From Amoebidium appalachense (Eukaryota > Protista > Ichthyosporea), in NCBI GenBank assembly GCA_963693365.1, contig CAVNZM010000004.1:11374468-11438467 (forward strand): a stretch of 64,000 nucleotides of DNA, written 5' to 3'. The notes below the pieces were generated by a model, which had not been told where the DNA came from, ran no database searches, and saw only the letters and a list, made by a program, of their open reading frames with translations. The translations under genes were made by a program, and so were the position numbers. Below are positions 1 to 39,040 of the stretch, in pieces (position 1 is the first letter of the stretch; every line of letters begins with the position of its first letter).

Positions 1-326
1 CAACTGTGGCATATTAGTATACTAGCTTTCGTCTCCATAAGTAATTCAGGTTGTATCATTCACACGGACTGTGAGTATAGGACGACGATTTTTCATCACA
101 GCCCTAATCTGGTGGTGTCTATGTTCTCAGACCCCCCCCCCCCCCCCCCCATCCTCCCCCCTCCCTCCCTCCCCCCCCTCCTCCCCAGGGGGGGGGGCGG
201 GCCACCCGTCACAATTTTTAGCGCGTACGATACTCAACCCACTCCGCACGCATTCTGTGAGTATATGGGTGCTCCTGAATAAGTGCAAGTCTTAGACCTA
301 CGGGATTATGCCGCTGTAGCCCATGA

Positions 327-365
<39 letters not shown>

Positions 366-642
366 CCACCACACACACACACACATACACCCACTCACAC
401 AAAACACACACACCGGCGCTAATTAGAAGACGATTACATTAACAATATCCTAGAAGAGCTAGCAGGGTAAGTAAACAAGACAGTCGAACGGAGAATGAAA
501 AGGACAGCCATGCTGGTCAAAAATAAGCACATGTGTTGATGCTGTGCCATCAACATGGGAAGCAAAGCGCAAAACTGCACCCAATTCTCACCCTCAGACC
601 GCTTGTTTGGGAAGCTACCAGGAGTACGTCTTCTTGTTGCCT

Positions 643-2840
643 TCAGGCAGCCGTGGGGGGGAAGAAGTCTCCCACATTCTGCAACATTTTTTCCAAAAGA
701 ACAGCGGCCCTCCGTGCGTTTCCAAGCTGTGCGATATGTGGTAGTCAGCACATGGCACTGTGGTAACTTAACTGCCCCTCCCCCCCCCCCCTCCCCCCCC
801 CTCCCCCCTCCCCCCCCCCCCCCCCCCCCCCCCCCCAACGCCTGCCCGCCCCCGACCTGCCCCGCTCCTCCCCTCCCCTACCACCACCCACCCACCCACC
901 ATATGCAAAACATCACACACAGGCACCTATGTACCACCTTTTCCTTCTTCATCAAACACAAACGTGCATGCACCCCCCTTCCCCACAGACTTTTCAACGT
1001 AATCAAGCATCCCTACAGAAAGTTGAAACATAATTACACAGTGCCTTATAAAAAGAGAGGTGGCCACATGCGAGTGTAGATGAATGTGTTTAACCAGCAG
1101 ATACATGAACTGAAAAGGATGGGCAGTGGTGGTGGTTGCACTGAGGAACACTCACCGCTTCGACCGGTGTCTCGTGCTCCGGCCGCATAAGGGTGGGGCC
1201 AAAAACAACGGCCAGGTTGCTGATGCCCATCTTGTTCTCCTCCTCGTTCTTGGTCACCCTTTATTAAAAAAAAAAAAAAAAAAAAAAAAAACCGTTAGTT
1301 GGAAACTCCATAACTATGCAGGGGCTAGTTCAGGGTGGATGAAGTTTGAAACCGAGGAAACGAGAAACTTTGAAAGAAGAGAGACAGAGGGGAAGGGAAA
1401 GCGAGAGAGGGGGAGGAGAGGGGGAAGAGGGGGGAAAAGGGGGGGAGGGGGGAGGGGAGGGGGGAGGGGAGGAAGAGAGGGAGAGATGGGGGGAAAGGGG
1501 GGAAGGGGGGAGGGGGGAGGGAGGGGCAGAAAAAGAGTGTGTGCGTGTGTGTGTATGTGCATTGATACGTACACAAAGAAGTACCTCAGGCTCACAAATG
1601 CAAATGCAGCCTTGCCTGCAAGCTTGTTCATTATCAGAATTATGACCATGTGTCTGATGCAAAAAAAACTCACAAGAACATGTCGAGGTTCACAATTTCG
1701 CTCTGCTTCTCCCCTTCAAAACTCTCTCTCACCCTTCCTGATTACCCCCTCCCCCGCTCTCCCTACACCTCTCATTATGTCTTGTGTGTACGTGTGTATA
1801 CATGTGCGCATGGGTGCGTACATCGGTGGGTCGGTCAGTGAGTGCATGCATGTAATGTGAACGCTTGTAGGACTGCCGGATTTGTATGAGCCTACCTGTC
1901 CAGGTGCAGCATGAGAGTGCGGATGGTGGCCAGGTGGCCTGGTGGCAGCTGGGCAAGAATCCGCTTCAGCCGGGGCAGCGTCTTTGCCAAAGTTGCCCCA
2001 AGATTGAACTCGTCTGGAAATATGCACGTGGTCAATGTGTGGTCATGGCGCCTTTCTATCACATAACCCCCAAGCATTGAACTCATGAAGGAGAATTTGG
2101 AAGGGGCCCATGATCTGAAGTTCTTTGAGCATTAGCGTCATGTCTTTTTTTTTTCCTTTTTCTTTTTTTTTTTCTTTTGCCCGTTTTCGACGTATTCTCG
2201 AGATGGCGGGCACGTCTCGTGCATGTTAGCATTGAAAGTGCATCAGGAAAAGACTGACAAGGCGCCACAGGAAAGGAGCGAATGGCATGGCTTGCTCGGT
2301 ATCAGCTTTTTTTTTTTTAAAAAAAAAAAAACAACAAAAAAAACAACAACACAAGCCCTTCACCAAACAACTGCCAAAACGGACTCACTCAACCCCACAG
2401 TCAATAGCCCCCCCCCCCCCCCCCCCCCCCCCTCCTCCTTCGGAAGCTGTTTCCGAATGTTTCATTTATACAACACCCAACCTACGGTGCCTTACAGTTT
2501 CAAAAAAAAAATCTGTTTTCTTCTCACCAAAGTGATGACGGCACAAGCAGCTCCACTTGGCAACACAAATCGTGCAGGCAGTGCACTGAACTTGTATAGA
2601 GGCCACACCACCACACAACATATACTCCATCGTGCACATGCTTACACCACAGGTACTGGGCCAGGCAGAGCAAAGGGCCCACTTACCAACCAAGGCCATT
2701 AGTTGTGGGAAGGCATCGTAGGTGAAAAGTGGCTCCGGGAGCTCACGGAAGAATAGCTTCAGGGCGCCTGCAAGCACAGCTCACTGTTAGTGCCAGCCCT
2801 TTGGGTATTATTGAAGTGCAGGGATGAAGTGGTGTACAGC

Positions 2841-2886
<46 letters not shown>

Positions 2887-3081
2887 ACCTCTCTCCCCCT
2901 CCCTCCCTCTCTCTCTCTTTCTCTCTCTCCCCCCCCCCCCCCCCCCTCCCTCTTTCTCTCTTCTCTCTCTGTCCCCCTCTCCCCTCAAGACCTCTCTCTC
3001 TCTCACTGCCCCCCCTTCCCCCCGTCTCTCTCTCTCTCTCTCTCTCTCTCTTCTTCTTCTTCTTCTTCTTTCGGGGGGTTT

Positions 3082-3136
<55 letters not shown>

Positions 3137-3323
3137 AGTAGCATCAAGCCCTGCACCATTCCGGGCCACCAGCAATGACCTACACCTATCACAGCACCAA
3201 AACACACATACCCGATATGTTGTGGATGCTGGTCTCCATCTCCAGTAGGTTGTACGGCATACCTGCGCCCAAGTGCTCATTAGAGCCCCCGCCCCCCCCC
3301 CCCCCCCCCCCCATCCCCCCATA

Positions 3324-3355
<32 letters not shown>

Positions 3356-4246
3356 ACACACACACACCCAACAAAAGAAAGAAGAGAAGAGAAATGGCAC
3401 ACACCTACAATCCGGGAGTTGGCAGAAATATCACAAATTATTCAAGACCCGGCTCCTGGTGGGGAATAGGGGGAGCACGGTGGGTAGGGGAAGGGGGGGG
3501 GGGGGGGGGGGGGGGGGAGAGGGAGGCAGTGGAACACAAAACAATTGGAAATTTGCATGAGCAACGTTGCAGATGTTTCGTAGGTCACAAAAACAAGCGA
3601 AGTATCAAATAGAGCCCATCCTCAAGGAAGAGCCCATTTACAGGCTGAGAGCATGTGAGAATTGTGTGTGTGTGTTTGACTATGTGTGCGTGTGAGTGCG
3701 TGTGGGCGCGCACGCTCCTGGGTGTGTGTGTGTTTTTGTGGGTGTGTGTGTGTGCGTGTGGATGCACGAAAGTGAGAGACAAAGCCATGGGGAAATGAAT
3801 AGTGAGAGTAGAGAGAGATGTTGCAGGGGAGAGGGAGATGGACAGGGAGAGAGAGAGGGCAGGGGGAAGAGAAAAGAGCGAGAGGTGGGAGAGAAAGGAA
3901 GGGACCAGGGGAGGGGAGGGGGGACGGGGAGGTGGAGAGATGGAGCGAGGGAAAGGGTGGGGGGGGGCACAGAGATGCACACACAGAAAGGGGGGGCGGG
4001 AGGGGGGGGGGGGAGGCGGAAAGGGAGGGGGGACACCAGTAATACTTTTTAAAGAGACAAAGAGAATTGGACACCCCTACTCCCACCCCCACCATCCACA
4101 CATATACGCACTACATGTTGGTGCACCCTACCCGTATCGGCAAGCAGACGTATTTTTTGCATCTCGGCCCCAGATGCAGATACTCGGTAGATGCCCGCCT
4201 CATCCATACCTGGTAGTCCAACCACCGGTCTTAAAACCATTCCTTG

Positions 4247-4283
<37 letters not shown>

Positions 4284-6440
4284 ACCCAAGTAACACCCTC
4301 TTCTCTTCCAATCCTCTCCAACACCCATTACGTTCCCCCCAAAGCACCAATCCCATGCAATCTTCAAAAGGTCAACACACAGAAAAACACATACAAGCTG
4401 CACACTCATAGGCCCAGGAACTCACACATGCTTGTAGGCATCCAAAAAACAAGGGCTATAAGGCAACATACAATTTACTACACCTTCCACCTACTGCATA
4501 TGACTTGTTTAACTAAACAAAAAACGTGAGGGTTGAAGTCTGAAATACAAGTCATATTAGTCGTAGCCTACCTCGAGAGCCCCCTCCCCCCGCCGCCACC
4601 ACCACCCAACAAAGCATACACACACACCAACACCCGCACCCACCCACCCACCAACACACAACACCCACTCACCAAACCACACCCCCACCCACACGCACAC
4701 GCACACCCGCACACAGGCACACATCTCAATCATAGGAAAAATGCCAAAACCTCCGAAGAAGAAAGGGAAGGCAGAGCAGCAAGGGTGCATACGTACCCTT
4801 AATCTCCACAGCATTTATGCACGCCTGCACAAAGGAGGGCACCTGAAGGCCCTCCCGGTCGCAGATACTCTGCAGCGCGCAGCCGAAATATGGTTCGGCT
4901 GCAACAGGCCGATTAGTAAACTTCATTGATTTACTCAAAAATTTACGCCATTTATGTTTGCAGGCACAGTTACTTATTATTAAGAAGAAAAACATACATG
5001 GCTTCCTGAGGCAGTCACCACTGGCTTACATCAAAAAGGACAACGCACACAGGGGACACCTGTATGCCCTTAGCCATTCCTACACAGTTCTGCACGGCTG
5101 ACGAGAAAAGGCGGTGGAGCCGTTTCAGTAGTTGCGTTGGTGCTGTGTTGGCCGTGGTTGAAAGTGTGTGTGTGTGTTTGGTGGAGAGGGGAGGGGGGAA
5201 AGGGGGGGGGGGGGGGGGGGGGGGGGGAGGAAGGGGGGAGGCGGTTGGCAAAGGTGGGGTGTAAAAGAGAGTGGTAGTGTTGTGGTGGTGGTGGTTTTTT
5301 TTTTTTTTTTTTAAAATGGGGGGAGGGGGGTGGGGGGGGGGGGATGGGCTGGTTTACCTTTCAAGATGCCCTTTTCAATGAGGTTGTGGGGACTTGGCCT
5401 AAACGGGAGCCACCTGGCCAGCAACGAGCGGATTGCAGCCAACCGGGTACCGGGAGAGGATATCTCTGAGCAGACGGTAATATTAGGCCATGCATTCGCT
5501 CATAGTTTTTTCCATTGATTCTCTGGCTTGTGCACGGATTCAAGGATACATCGTGTAGACCATTGTTCACGGATGTGCATATATCCTACACCAAGCACCA
5601 CAGGCTAATTCTCCTGTGTATATATGTAGGAACCGCATAAAGTGGCACTAAGTGTCAGTGGGTGACACTACCTCCCCCCCCCCTCTCCCCCCCTCCCACC
5701 CCACCACACACGGACACACACGGACACAGACGGACACACACACACACACACATACACAGATGCCCATGCCCACGCCCACGCTCTAGCCACGCCGTCCAAA
5801 CCCACCCACACATGCATGGGGGGCAACGAACCACGAACGAATCCAATATACTCACCCCGTGCTGCCCCTTCCGTGAGCGATGTGATCGAACCGGACCTCG
5901 TTTTCGGACGAGATCTTTCTCTTTCACCGTCCTCCACCACCATACCGATCCCAGCGGCATTACTTTGCGTGGAGGCAGATATGCTTCTTGTACTTGACAA
6001 ACTAACCTGGCCTAATGATTGGGCGGAGGACTGTTTGCGCATAGTTACAGATTGGCTCGGGGTACTTGAGGGGCGTCTGGGGGAGGACGTGGAAGAACCT
6101 GAGGCAGGTGGGTCGGATTGCTGGTGTCTGGTTTCATCCGATTTTCTCCGGTCTGCTAGAGTTCTGGATGTGATGCTGTTGCTTCTTGCTACATCTGGGT
6201 TGTGCAATATGTTAGGGTGGGTGTGTGCGTGGGACTGTGGGCGCTCGTGCACCACGACAGAGAGACACACAGAGAGGAGAGTGTGACTTTATGGATGTGT
6301 GCCAATGTGTGTGTTAGAGACAAGTACGGAGGGTAGGGGGGGGGGAGGGGGGAGAAGAGGGAAGAAGAAGAAAGTGGAGGAGCAGGGGGATATTGGTGAA
6401 CAAAGGTTGAGAACGGTTTTCTGTAACTGTGCTGTAACTG

Positions 6441-6508
<68 letters not shown>

Positions 6509-6660
6509 CGTGTACGCGTGCATGCATGTGAGTACGTGCGTGTGAGTACGTGAGGGTGTGAGTGTGTGCCTGTATGTGTGTGTGTGTGTCTGCGTGTGTG
6601 TGTGTGTGTGTGTGTGTGTGGGGGGGGGGGGGGGGTGTATGCATGTATGTGTGTATGCGC

Positions 6661-6702
<42 letters not shown>

Positions 6703-7366
6703 AGTGTGTGTGTGCGCGCGCACACATGTGGACACCTGGGTGTACGTAGTACTCTGGCGGACATACCAAAAAAGTGTATCGGCATCAACCGAAAGCTTTG
6801 CACATAGGGAAGACGATACATAAAACCGGACAAACAATCGGGAACACGTGCGTTTTCAAGCACATGCACAGAAACATACACAACAGCAAGCACTGCTGAT
6901 GCAACCATTCCTACCTGTTAGACTGGTATGTGATGTTTTTCTCCCCAGGGGCTTTGTCGGCAGCTCCAAAACCTTCAGCTGCAATAACATGCATGTCAGC
7001 CAGCTTCCACCTCACTCCCCCCCCCCCCCCCCCCCCCCCCACCCCTCCCTCCCCCCGTGGGGCACCCCATCTCCCCATCCTTGCCCTCTCTTCCCGTCCC
7101 TAGGGCCTTGCTCCTTGCCCCCATGCAAGTCACATGTCAATTATTTTCCCTAACACCACACTCAGCAAGCAAGCTCCCCGTAGGCGATGCTCCAACTACC
7201 ACACCACAAAGCATGTCTCTTTCAAAAACAGATGCGGGTAGTACGCACCGTATCGAAGGGCACCTGTGCGGCTATGGATGCAGCCTCCAGCCACATCATC
7301 AGTCGTTCATGGCTGACTGACTCCAGCAAGAAGATGTCCTGGTTGTTCGCTGCACAGAGCATATTA

Positions 7367-7398
<32 letters not shown>

Positions 7399-8354
7399 AC
7401 CCCACCCCCCTACACACACCCCCAAACACCCAAACACCAGGCCATCCACCGTGTTCTTTTCTCTCACACCAATGTCCCTACTCGCCCTCTCTCTTTGCCA
7501 GCTTTCCCTCCAAGGTGTGTGATGAAGATGACATATGATTGCATAAATAGATTTCGTTGAAAAGTGGCAAGCTGGTAAGATAGAGGACGAGTGGGAACAT
7601 GGGGTTGAGAGAAAAGAATGCGATGGAAACCTAAGGAAGAATGTGTGTGGTATTATTCGGAGTTGTTGCCTGCGCAGGTCGGTTGTGTGGAAAGCAGATC
7701 GGATGTGATTGAGAGTAAATGTGAGTGGGTGAGTGAACCCCAATCCAGATTCCTGCATGCACACAAGTTCATGCTTGCATGTGTGGGCACACGGTGCATG
7801 TGTGTGTGTAATGCGTGTGCAGCACACATAGCCCAAGTGCAGTAAGCGCATCTTGCCATTGTTCACCCTTATGTATTCGTGACGAGAGCACTTCAACCAG
7901 AAAGGAAAAGGATAAAAAGCACAGACACGCTGTCAATAAAAAACTTTGTGCAATCGAAAAAAACGATTTCAGGAGCCAAACTTACGTGAATTGATTTGAA
8001 ACACATGCAGCCGCTTGGCGTATTGGTGGGCCACAGCCACATCACACCCCAACAGCTGGATTTCATCTGTTGCTTTTCCTAGCGACTGTGATGCAGCATT
8101 CAGTCAGCATAACTTCATATACCATGGAAAGTTAAGGGAGGACGAAACAAATGGGGCACCATTCATTAAGCACATGCATATCCACATGTGGATGTCAGAG
8201 CAAGCATCGAGAGCACCATACTTTATATTGTTGCAGCATGGGTACGACTAATATTACAACACCTCGAAACCATCTACCTGGGCATCGCCGTGATGAGAAA
8301 GTGGAGATATACACAGCCTTCTCTACGGCATGTGAAATCTTGACACGGGACACC

Positions 8355-8413
<59 letters not shown>

Positions 8414-10473
8414 TGCAGCCCATTTATCCGTACCTTGTGCTTGTAGTCCTTAAAGAAGATCATCTTCTGGTTATATATGATGGCAAACATGATCTGCCAC
8501 GGATTCCTGCAGTGCACAGTACCCATTGTGTGTAAGTATCACAACCGGCTACGGACCATAGAAAATTTCCTATATATCAGGCTGAATAAGGCAATAAATT
8601 TCTTCCCTTGTGCATTAATTAGTCTCCCTTCCTCCCCGTCCCCTCCCCCCCCCCCTCCCCCCTCCCCCCCGTCCCCCCTCCCCCCCCCCATCGTCCCTAT
8701 CAGGATGCGGATTCGCCTTCCCAAACAAAACAGTAACCATCGATTGGGGTCTGTGGCCCCCGTTCCCCTTTTCTTTTCAGCCTGCCACTTGTCATTCCTT
8801 CGTTTCCATTTCGCCCACTCCAAGCAGCCCCCTTGCTGACTGAGAGCTAAAAGCGGTATGACAGGAGAAACATCGGGGGTGTAAAGAATCACGTGAGTGT
8901 AGGGAGGCACAACAGAAGGTGTGTTGTTATGGTTAAATGGTGTCTGCTCCGAACCATCATTAACGGAAGTGGGGAAGGAGGGAGACAAAAATCGTAAGAG
9001 GTCAGCTAGAGGCAGCGAGAGGAGGGGTGGGTTCTAGAGCAGGGAAGACGGCAAGAAGTGCAAGGTAACGTACATTAACGTTTTGCAAATATGCTAAGAC
9101 CGGGGTATGCAGCATAAGTAGACCCCTTCCGTAGAGGGGGGGCAAGTCATCCATAAGGGAATTTAGAGCTTATGGGTGTGTGTGTGTGTGTGTGTGTGTG
9201 TTGGGGCGGGGCGGGGGCAGAGGGGGGAGGGGGGGGGGGGGGGGGAAGGGGGGTTAACAATTTAGAATGTGGTGTGTGGAAGTACGAAAACGAACCCACA
9301 AGGCATAACGTACACGCATATACCAACAAGAAAACACAAAGTATGCAGCACGAATAGAGCACAACCTCAGGGACAAGGTGTGGGCGGCGGGTGAGGGTGT
9401 TGGGGCCTTGGGGGAAGGGGAATTTGGTGTGGTGGTGGGGGGGGGGGGGGGGAGCACGGGGAGTGGAAAAGGGGTCAGATATAAGATGTCTGTGGGTGTA
9501 TTGTGGAAAGCACCACTTCGAGGGGTTACTAAGGTGCCCTGGTACCTTAGTGGTGGCTGGCCGTTGACTAGCACTATCTTTCGGTACAGATAGCCCTCCA
9601 TGAGACACTCGGACGGTTGTATGCCTTCGGCATTCTCCTCAATAGTCTGCAGGGGCTAAAATGAACAGGTCTCTGGTTAGCATGCAGGCTGCCAGAAACA
9701 CCCCCCCCTCCCCCCCCCTCTCCCCCCCCCCCCCAACCCACCCACCCACCCCAGTGACTTTTCAGATCCGCAGAAAAACACATGTTTGAGATCTTTCTAA
9801 AGCTTTAAACGTTAACAGTCAGATTTGAGAAGCACTGCCTACCAGAAAAGCCAACGCAAATGCTCTGCGAAACGGATTCCCCTCCCTCTTCGAACTAGTG
9901 CACCCCCCCTCGCTTTTCCCCTCTCCTCCCCCTCTCCCCCCGCCCCCACCCCCTTCCCCTCCACACACTCCCCCCCCCCCCCCCCCCCCCCCCCCCCACC
10001 CCACCCCACCCCACCCCACCACACACACCAGATTGACCATTCACACCTCCGCCCCTATTCTCTTGGTTAAAAAACAACAGATGTCTGAAGATCTGAACAC
10101 TACTTACAGTGGTTTGTATATTCCTACTGCTCGAGCTATGTATGTGCTTGCGTCTGTTTTAAATTACGACAATTCATAAGCACACTTGAGTGAAAGTGCC
10201 TAGTATAGGGTTGTAGTTTATGTGCTACCACAAGTGTCCAATCTGAAGTCAGCAGAAAGCCGCACCACACCTAGCCTTAAGATGTAAAACACTACAGAGG
10301 GAAAATACGAGACATAAGCACATAAAAGAGAAATCAGTGGTAATACCATGGCACGGGCTGCCTAGCTGAAAACACATAAAACACAGAACCTCAATCTCAT
10401 GAATTGGGCATCAGAAAAAGGTCAGTCTGCCTACCTGTGCTCCTGACAGTGTGCCCGCATCCAGTGTTGCCAT
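643..10473 (-). CDS. Rho GTPase-activating protein with PH domain, RPEL-like motif and RhoGAP domain (ARHGAP9/12/15/27-like); 16 exons
   Basis: Phase-consistent GT-AG exons (approx.): 10473-10435, 9646-9546 ([19 protein letters not shown]), 8507-8434 ([20 protein letters not shown]), ~8320-8278, 8066-7986 ([21 protein letters not shown]), 7349-7249 ([20 protein letters not shown]-terminal helix), 6978-6915, 6194-5856 (Ser-rich linker), 5465-5357 ([25 protein letters not shown]-like), 4898-4796 ([28 protein letters not shown]), 4209-4132 ([12 protein letters not shown], arginine finger), 3262-3212, 2767-2686 ([14 protein letters not shown]), 2013-1896, 1258-1156 ([16 protein letters not shown]), 726-643 (stop TGA). 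The ATG at 10473 follows an acceptor-like CAG, so upstream exons are possible. Confidence 0.88.
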
Positions 10474-11713
10474 GGCTGCGTGTCACCCACGAGAGCGCAA
10501 TATTCGAGGTGCCTATATTTATCTTATTTTAAATATCTAAAATATGCATAACCGTTAGCAACGTTAACTGAAGAACTGAAAACCACCCAACATTAGGTGC
10601 CTAAAAGGGTAGATCCGTAGCTGGGTTGTGCTTCGTTGCACTGACGGATCCAAGTCACAAAAAAAAAATATTGTAGTGTCTACAACCCTACTAGACGAAA
10701 GGATATATGCTTGCTAATAAGTCAATGCAGACATCAGACTAAATAGTGCACATGTAAGCACCTGGGTCTGAACCTTTCCTCTGGTGAGATTCTGTATTTC
10801 ACACATCACACTTGCAATTTATCACAAAAAATGGAGCTCAAAGGAGGCCAACGTCGACATAGAAGTCCACCACTTGTCGATATGGTTAACTATTGTCACT
10901 ATCATAGGGTGGCTAAACTAATAAGCTTATTGTAACTGTGAAGCACTTGCAAGTGCCCTTTTGCCAGGCTACTCAACATACATACCTCTACACTCTTTGA
11001 AGAGACCAGAGGATACGTACACATTTACAACGAAACGTTACAGGCTGTACTAGGCAAACGCGTTATCACAATCAAGCGAGACCCCCCAAACTTGTAGGAA
11101 TGCACACACCAGCATTTCCGAATTTTCTTGTTAAAGGAGAAAAGGCAACGCCAGGGCTAGAAATTACATTTTGGGATTACTGTATTTTGGCACCTGGCGG
11201 ATCGCCGCCTATTTTTGCCCGGAGATATTTACTTCCCTGTATCTATCTGATATATATATACCTATCCGGCGCCCCCCGTATGATTCATTGGCAATATCAT
11301 AATCTTGCGTTTATAATACTACAATATAAAATATTCTGTCATAGTATTCCCAATAATTATGTGTGCCTTATGTTTGAGGGCAATTTACTATCACACTGTG
11401 TATATTGGCTGCTCCTTTCGAGCCTCACCAAGATCGATGCCATCTGTTGAACTAAATTATAAATTTATCTCGTAGATTGAAGGCAAAACAAAATGCAACA
11501 AGCCTAGAAAGCAGACAAAATTTGATATTGAGTGGATAACCTAACATGCATTTATTTTCCAGATGCCTTGTCCGGATATGGACTGGTCATGCGGTATTAA
11601 TATTGAGATAACCTTTGGCAAATTCCAGTGTTTTCCCAGGAAAAAACCGAGAGTTCCAGCTTTGGGTGGCAGGGGGAAGTGGGGGAGGAGGGGGAGATGG
11701 GGAGGGGGGGGGC

Positions 11714-11754
<41 letters not shown>

Positions 11755-12770
11755 TTCTTTTTATTTGCTTCCCAAACCAGGCTTTACTGGTACTTTCTGA
11801 AAATTAACGGTATATTTACTTCCGAAAACAGTGTAATTTCCTGCCCTGGCCAACGCTTTCTGTTATAAATAGGGGCTTCCTTTTTAATTTTTTATTTGAC
11901 AAATATGGAAAATAAACCTACGAAAATGGTTTGTTCTGGATTTCAATCGTTTTTTTGCTACCACATGCTTCTGAAGCATTGCTTCATGAAATGTGGAAGA
12001 AAATTAAATAATGATTCTGAATTTCTCTTTACCTAACAACCTGAAGAGTTTTGGTGATCCATCAACTTGGTATCTGAGTGAGCTTTGATTAGTCTTTTGT
12101 CACGGCAAACCGGGCATTATATTTATTCACCAAATCACAAATATCCAAAAAATGTGTTGTAATCCAATTAACTCAAAGAAAGGCTAAAAAGACAAATCAT
12201 TATGCAGATAAATAAATATGTTTGCTCCCAAGTTGATACCGTGTTAGCCAACTAAAATTCAAGACTCAAATATTTAGCCGCGATCCTTGTGCACTGGCTC
12301 GCCGGAGTCGCCGCCCGGGCGGCCCGGTCGAGATCACGGATGAAAAGGTCGGATACAACAGCGTCTACGTTTCCAGTCAAAATTTGGCAACTGCATGTAG
12401 TAGGCGTTGCCAGCCAGGCAGGTTCACAGGTGTGTATGATACCTACGCTCATATGCATGGCTCCAAACTTGGGTTTTGAAGTTGGGCCGATCACCATGAG
12501 CCCTGCGCTGACGGCGCCATTTTGGAATTTGGATGCGGGACGCTGGACTCGGCACTCCCGAGCGCGCGGTGCAGCCTGATCGATATCGATACCTGATACT
12601 GAGCCTGAGCCCAACACTATTTAGTTCAATGAGAGAGTGGGAATTTGACATAGCACACACAGTGCAATATATAATGCGAGTGGTTTAGGGTCACCGTCAA
12701 AATGAGACTTGGCTATCTCCATGCTTCTCAGGGAGCAAGGGCGTGGCAAATGTGAAGGGTGGACACACTA

Positions 12771-12820
12771 CGTTACGTCATCTTCTTTGTTGGTGACGAT
12801 TGGTCAATTTTTGGCGCGCA
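12771..12820 (+). promoter_or_regulatory. Cluster of CRE-like (TTACGTCA), inverted CCAAT (ATTGG) and E2F-like (TTTTTGGCGCGC) motifs ~380-420 bp upstream of the FANCM ATG
   Basis: TTACGTCA at 12773-12780, ATTGG at 12799-12803, TTTTTGGCGCGC at 12808-12819; a second TGGCGCCA at ~13024. Motif match only. Confidence 0.45.
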
Positions 12821-13192
12821 TTTTCGTATTCACTTCGGCTGCCAGCTTGCAACGGGACGGTCATGAAGGCCACGGTGGATGATGGCCTCAAGAACTTACT
12901 AATAATAAAGCGAATTCGTGTCACAATAGGTAAACTTTTTTTAAAAAATTATTTTTTACTATGATATCTCTAAGAAGTTAGGTCGACTTTTATCTTTTCT
13001 ATTTTTTTACACCAGAAGTTGTGTGGCGCCAACTACGGTAACCATTCCTCACTAGTCGTTAACAAAAAAACACGATGCACTCACTTGGTGCACTTGCCAT
13101 TAATTGGTATATTCCGCACATATAACAGCACCATTGCACGCCTCTAGTTACAAAGTTCCCGGGTAACATCATGTTCCACCCAAAACTTCACA

Positions 13193-37784
<24,592 letters not shown>

Positions 37785-38201
37785 GTAACAGCAAGGGCCG
37801 ACTAACGTAATCTGCTCACCAATCTTCTTTTGATACTGACAGAATGTGTGATTTGTCGTGACACTATGGGAATGTATGCTAACCGGTGGCAGTCTGTTTT
37901 TTGGATATATTCTCGAAGTTTTTTTTTTTTTTTTTGGTAACAATAGAATGTTCTTTATTTAGCTGGGCCACGCTGAGCCTTATGCAGGTCGACTCGAGTT
38001 GAACGTCAGATCTAGCATGGCTCTGTTGCCCTGGTTGTATCTTTTAACCAGATGGTACACTAATCTGTTGATTTAGAAGTTGAAATAGAGGAAGGACGTC
38101 TAATAAGTAATTGTTGAAACTTTTTAGTACATAGCCAAATGTATGGTGTACTTCTTCGTTGCTGCTTGCAGCCACGCTTTTGGTGATCCTAAGTATGAGG
38201 G

Positions 38202-38267
<66 letters not shown>

Positions 38268-38848
38268 TGTGTGAGTGAGTGATTTCTGGTGTTTCAAACA
38301 GCAAATAAATTGGAACATTCTCGTAACAGGTTTGGAAAAGTCAACCTTTGAACCACCTGAGACAATTTATTTCGCCCTGGTAGGCACATACAGTCTCCCC
38401 TCCTCCACCCCCTCTGACATCGTCCACAAACCCCGCTACTACTGTTGGTTTCATTCCCGGTGATCACTTCGTTTTCTGCTTGCCCAAGCCACCAGTTCTA
38501 CCACAGATGCACCAAGCCGAGTCGCGGCAAAAACATTTATTGGCCAAACAGCCCGTCCAGTTTTTTGTTGTCCGCGAGTTTGTAAGCCTACGGTCTCTTA
38601 TGTTTGTGTGTATGTCCATGTGCGTGTACGTACGTGTGTGCGTGAAGAGTATGGGTGAGTACTACATAGTGCAGGTGAGAGCAGCATGATCTCCTACTAT
38701 AATAGCACACCTAGGAGGGCCTGGGGGTACACTGAATGGACGTGCATACCGTGTGTGTTTTGTGTTTGGAGTGCGTGTGTGTGTGTGTCTGTGTGTGTGT
38801 GTGTGTTGTGTTTGGAGTGTGTGTGTGTGTGTGTGTGTGTGTTGTGTT

Positions 38849-38918
<70 letters not shown>

Positions 38919-38927
38919 GTGTTTGGA

Positions 38928-38961
<34 letters not shown>

Positions 38962-39040
38962 TTATGTACATGCGTGTGTCACAAGGTGTGTGTGCGTGTG
39001 TGTGTGTGTGTGTGTGTACGTGTGTGTGTGTGTGTGTGCG

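Noticed and set aside
3585-3645. Possible RhoGAP exon [15 protein letters not shown]
   Set aside because: It runs into a stop, and the flanking exons 4209-4132 and 3262-3212 join in phase without it.
11625-11835. Possible hAT-like MITE (CAGTGTTTTCC ... GAAAACAGTG)
   Set aside because: The inverted match is short and imperfect, with no TSD.
12252-12617. GC-rich 121-aa and 96-aa overlapping ORFs, or a structured RNA/ribozyme
   Set aside because: No recognisable domain and no hammerhead or HDV core; it may be a UTR exon.
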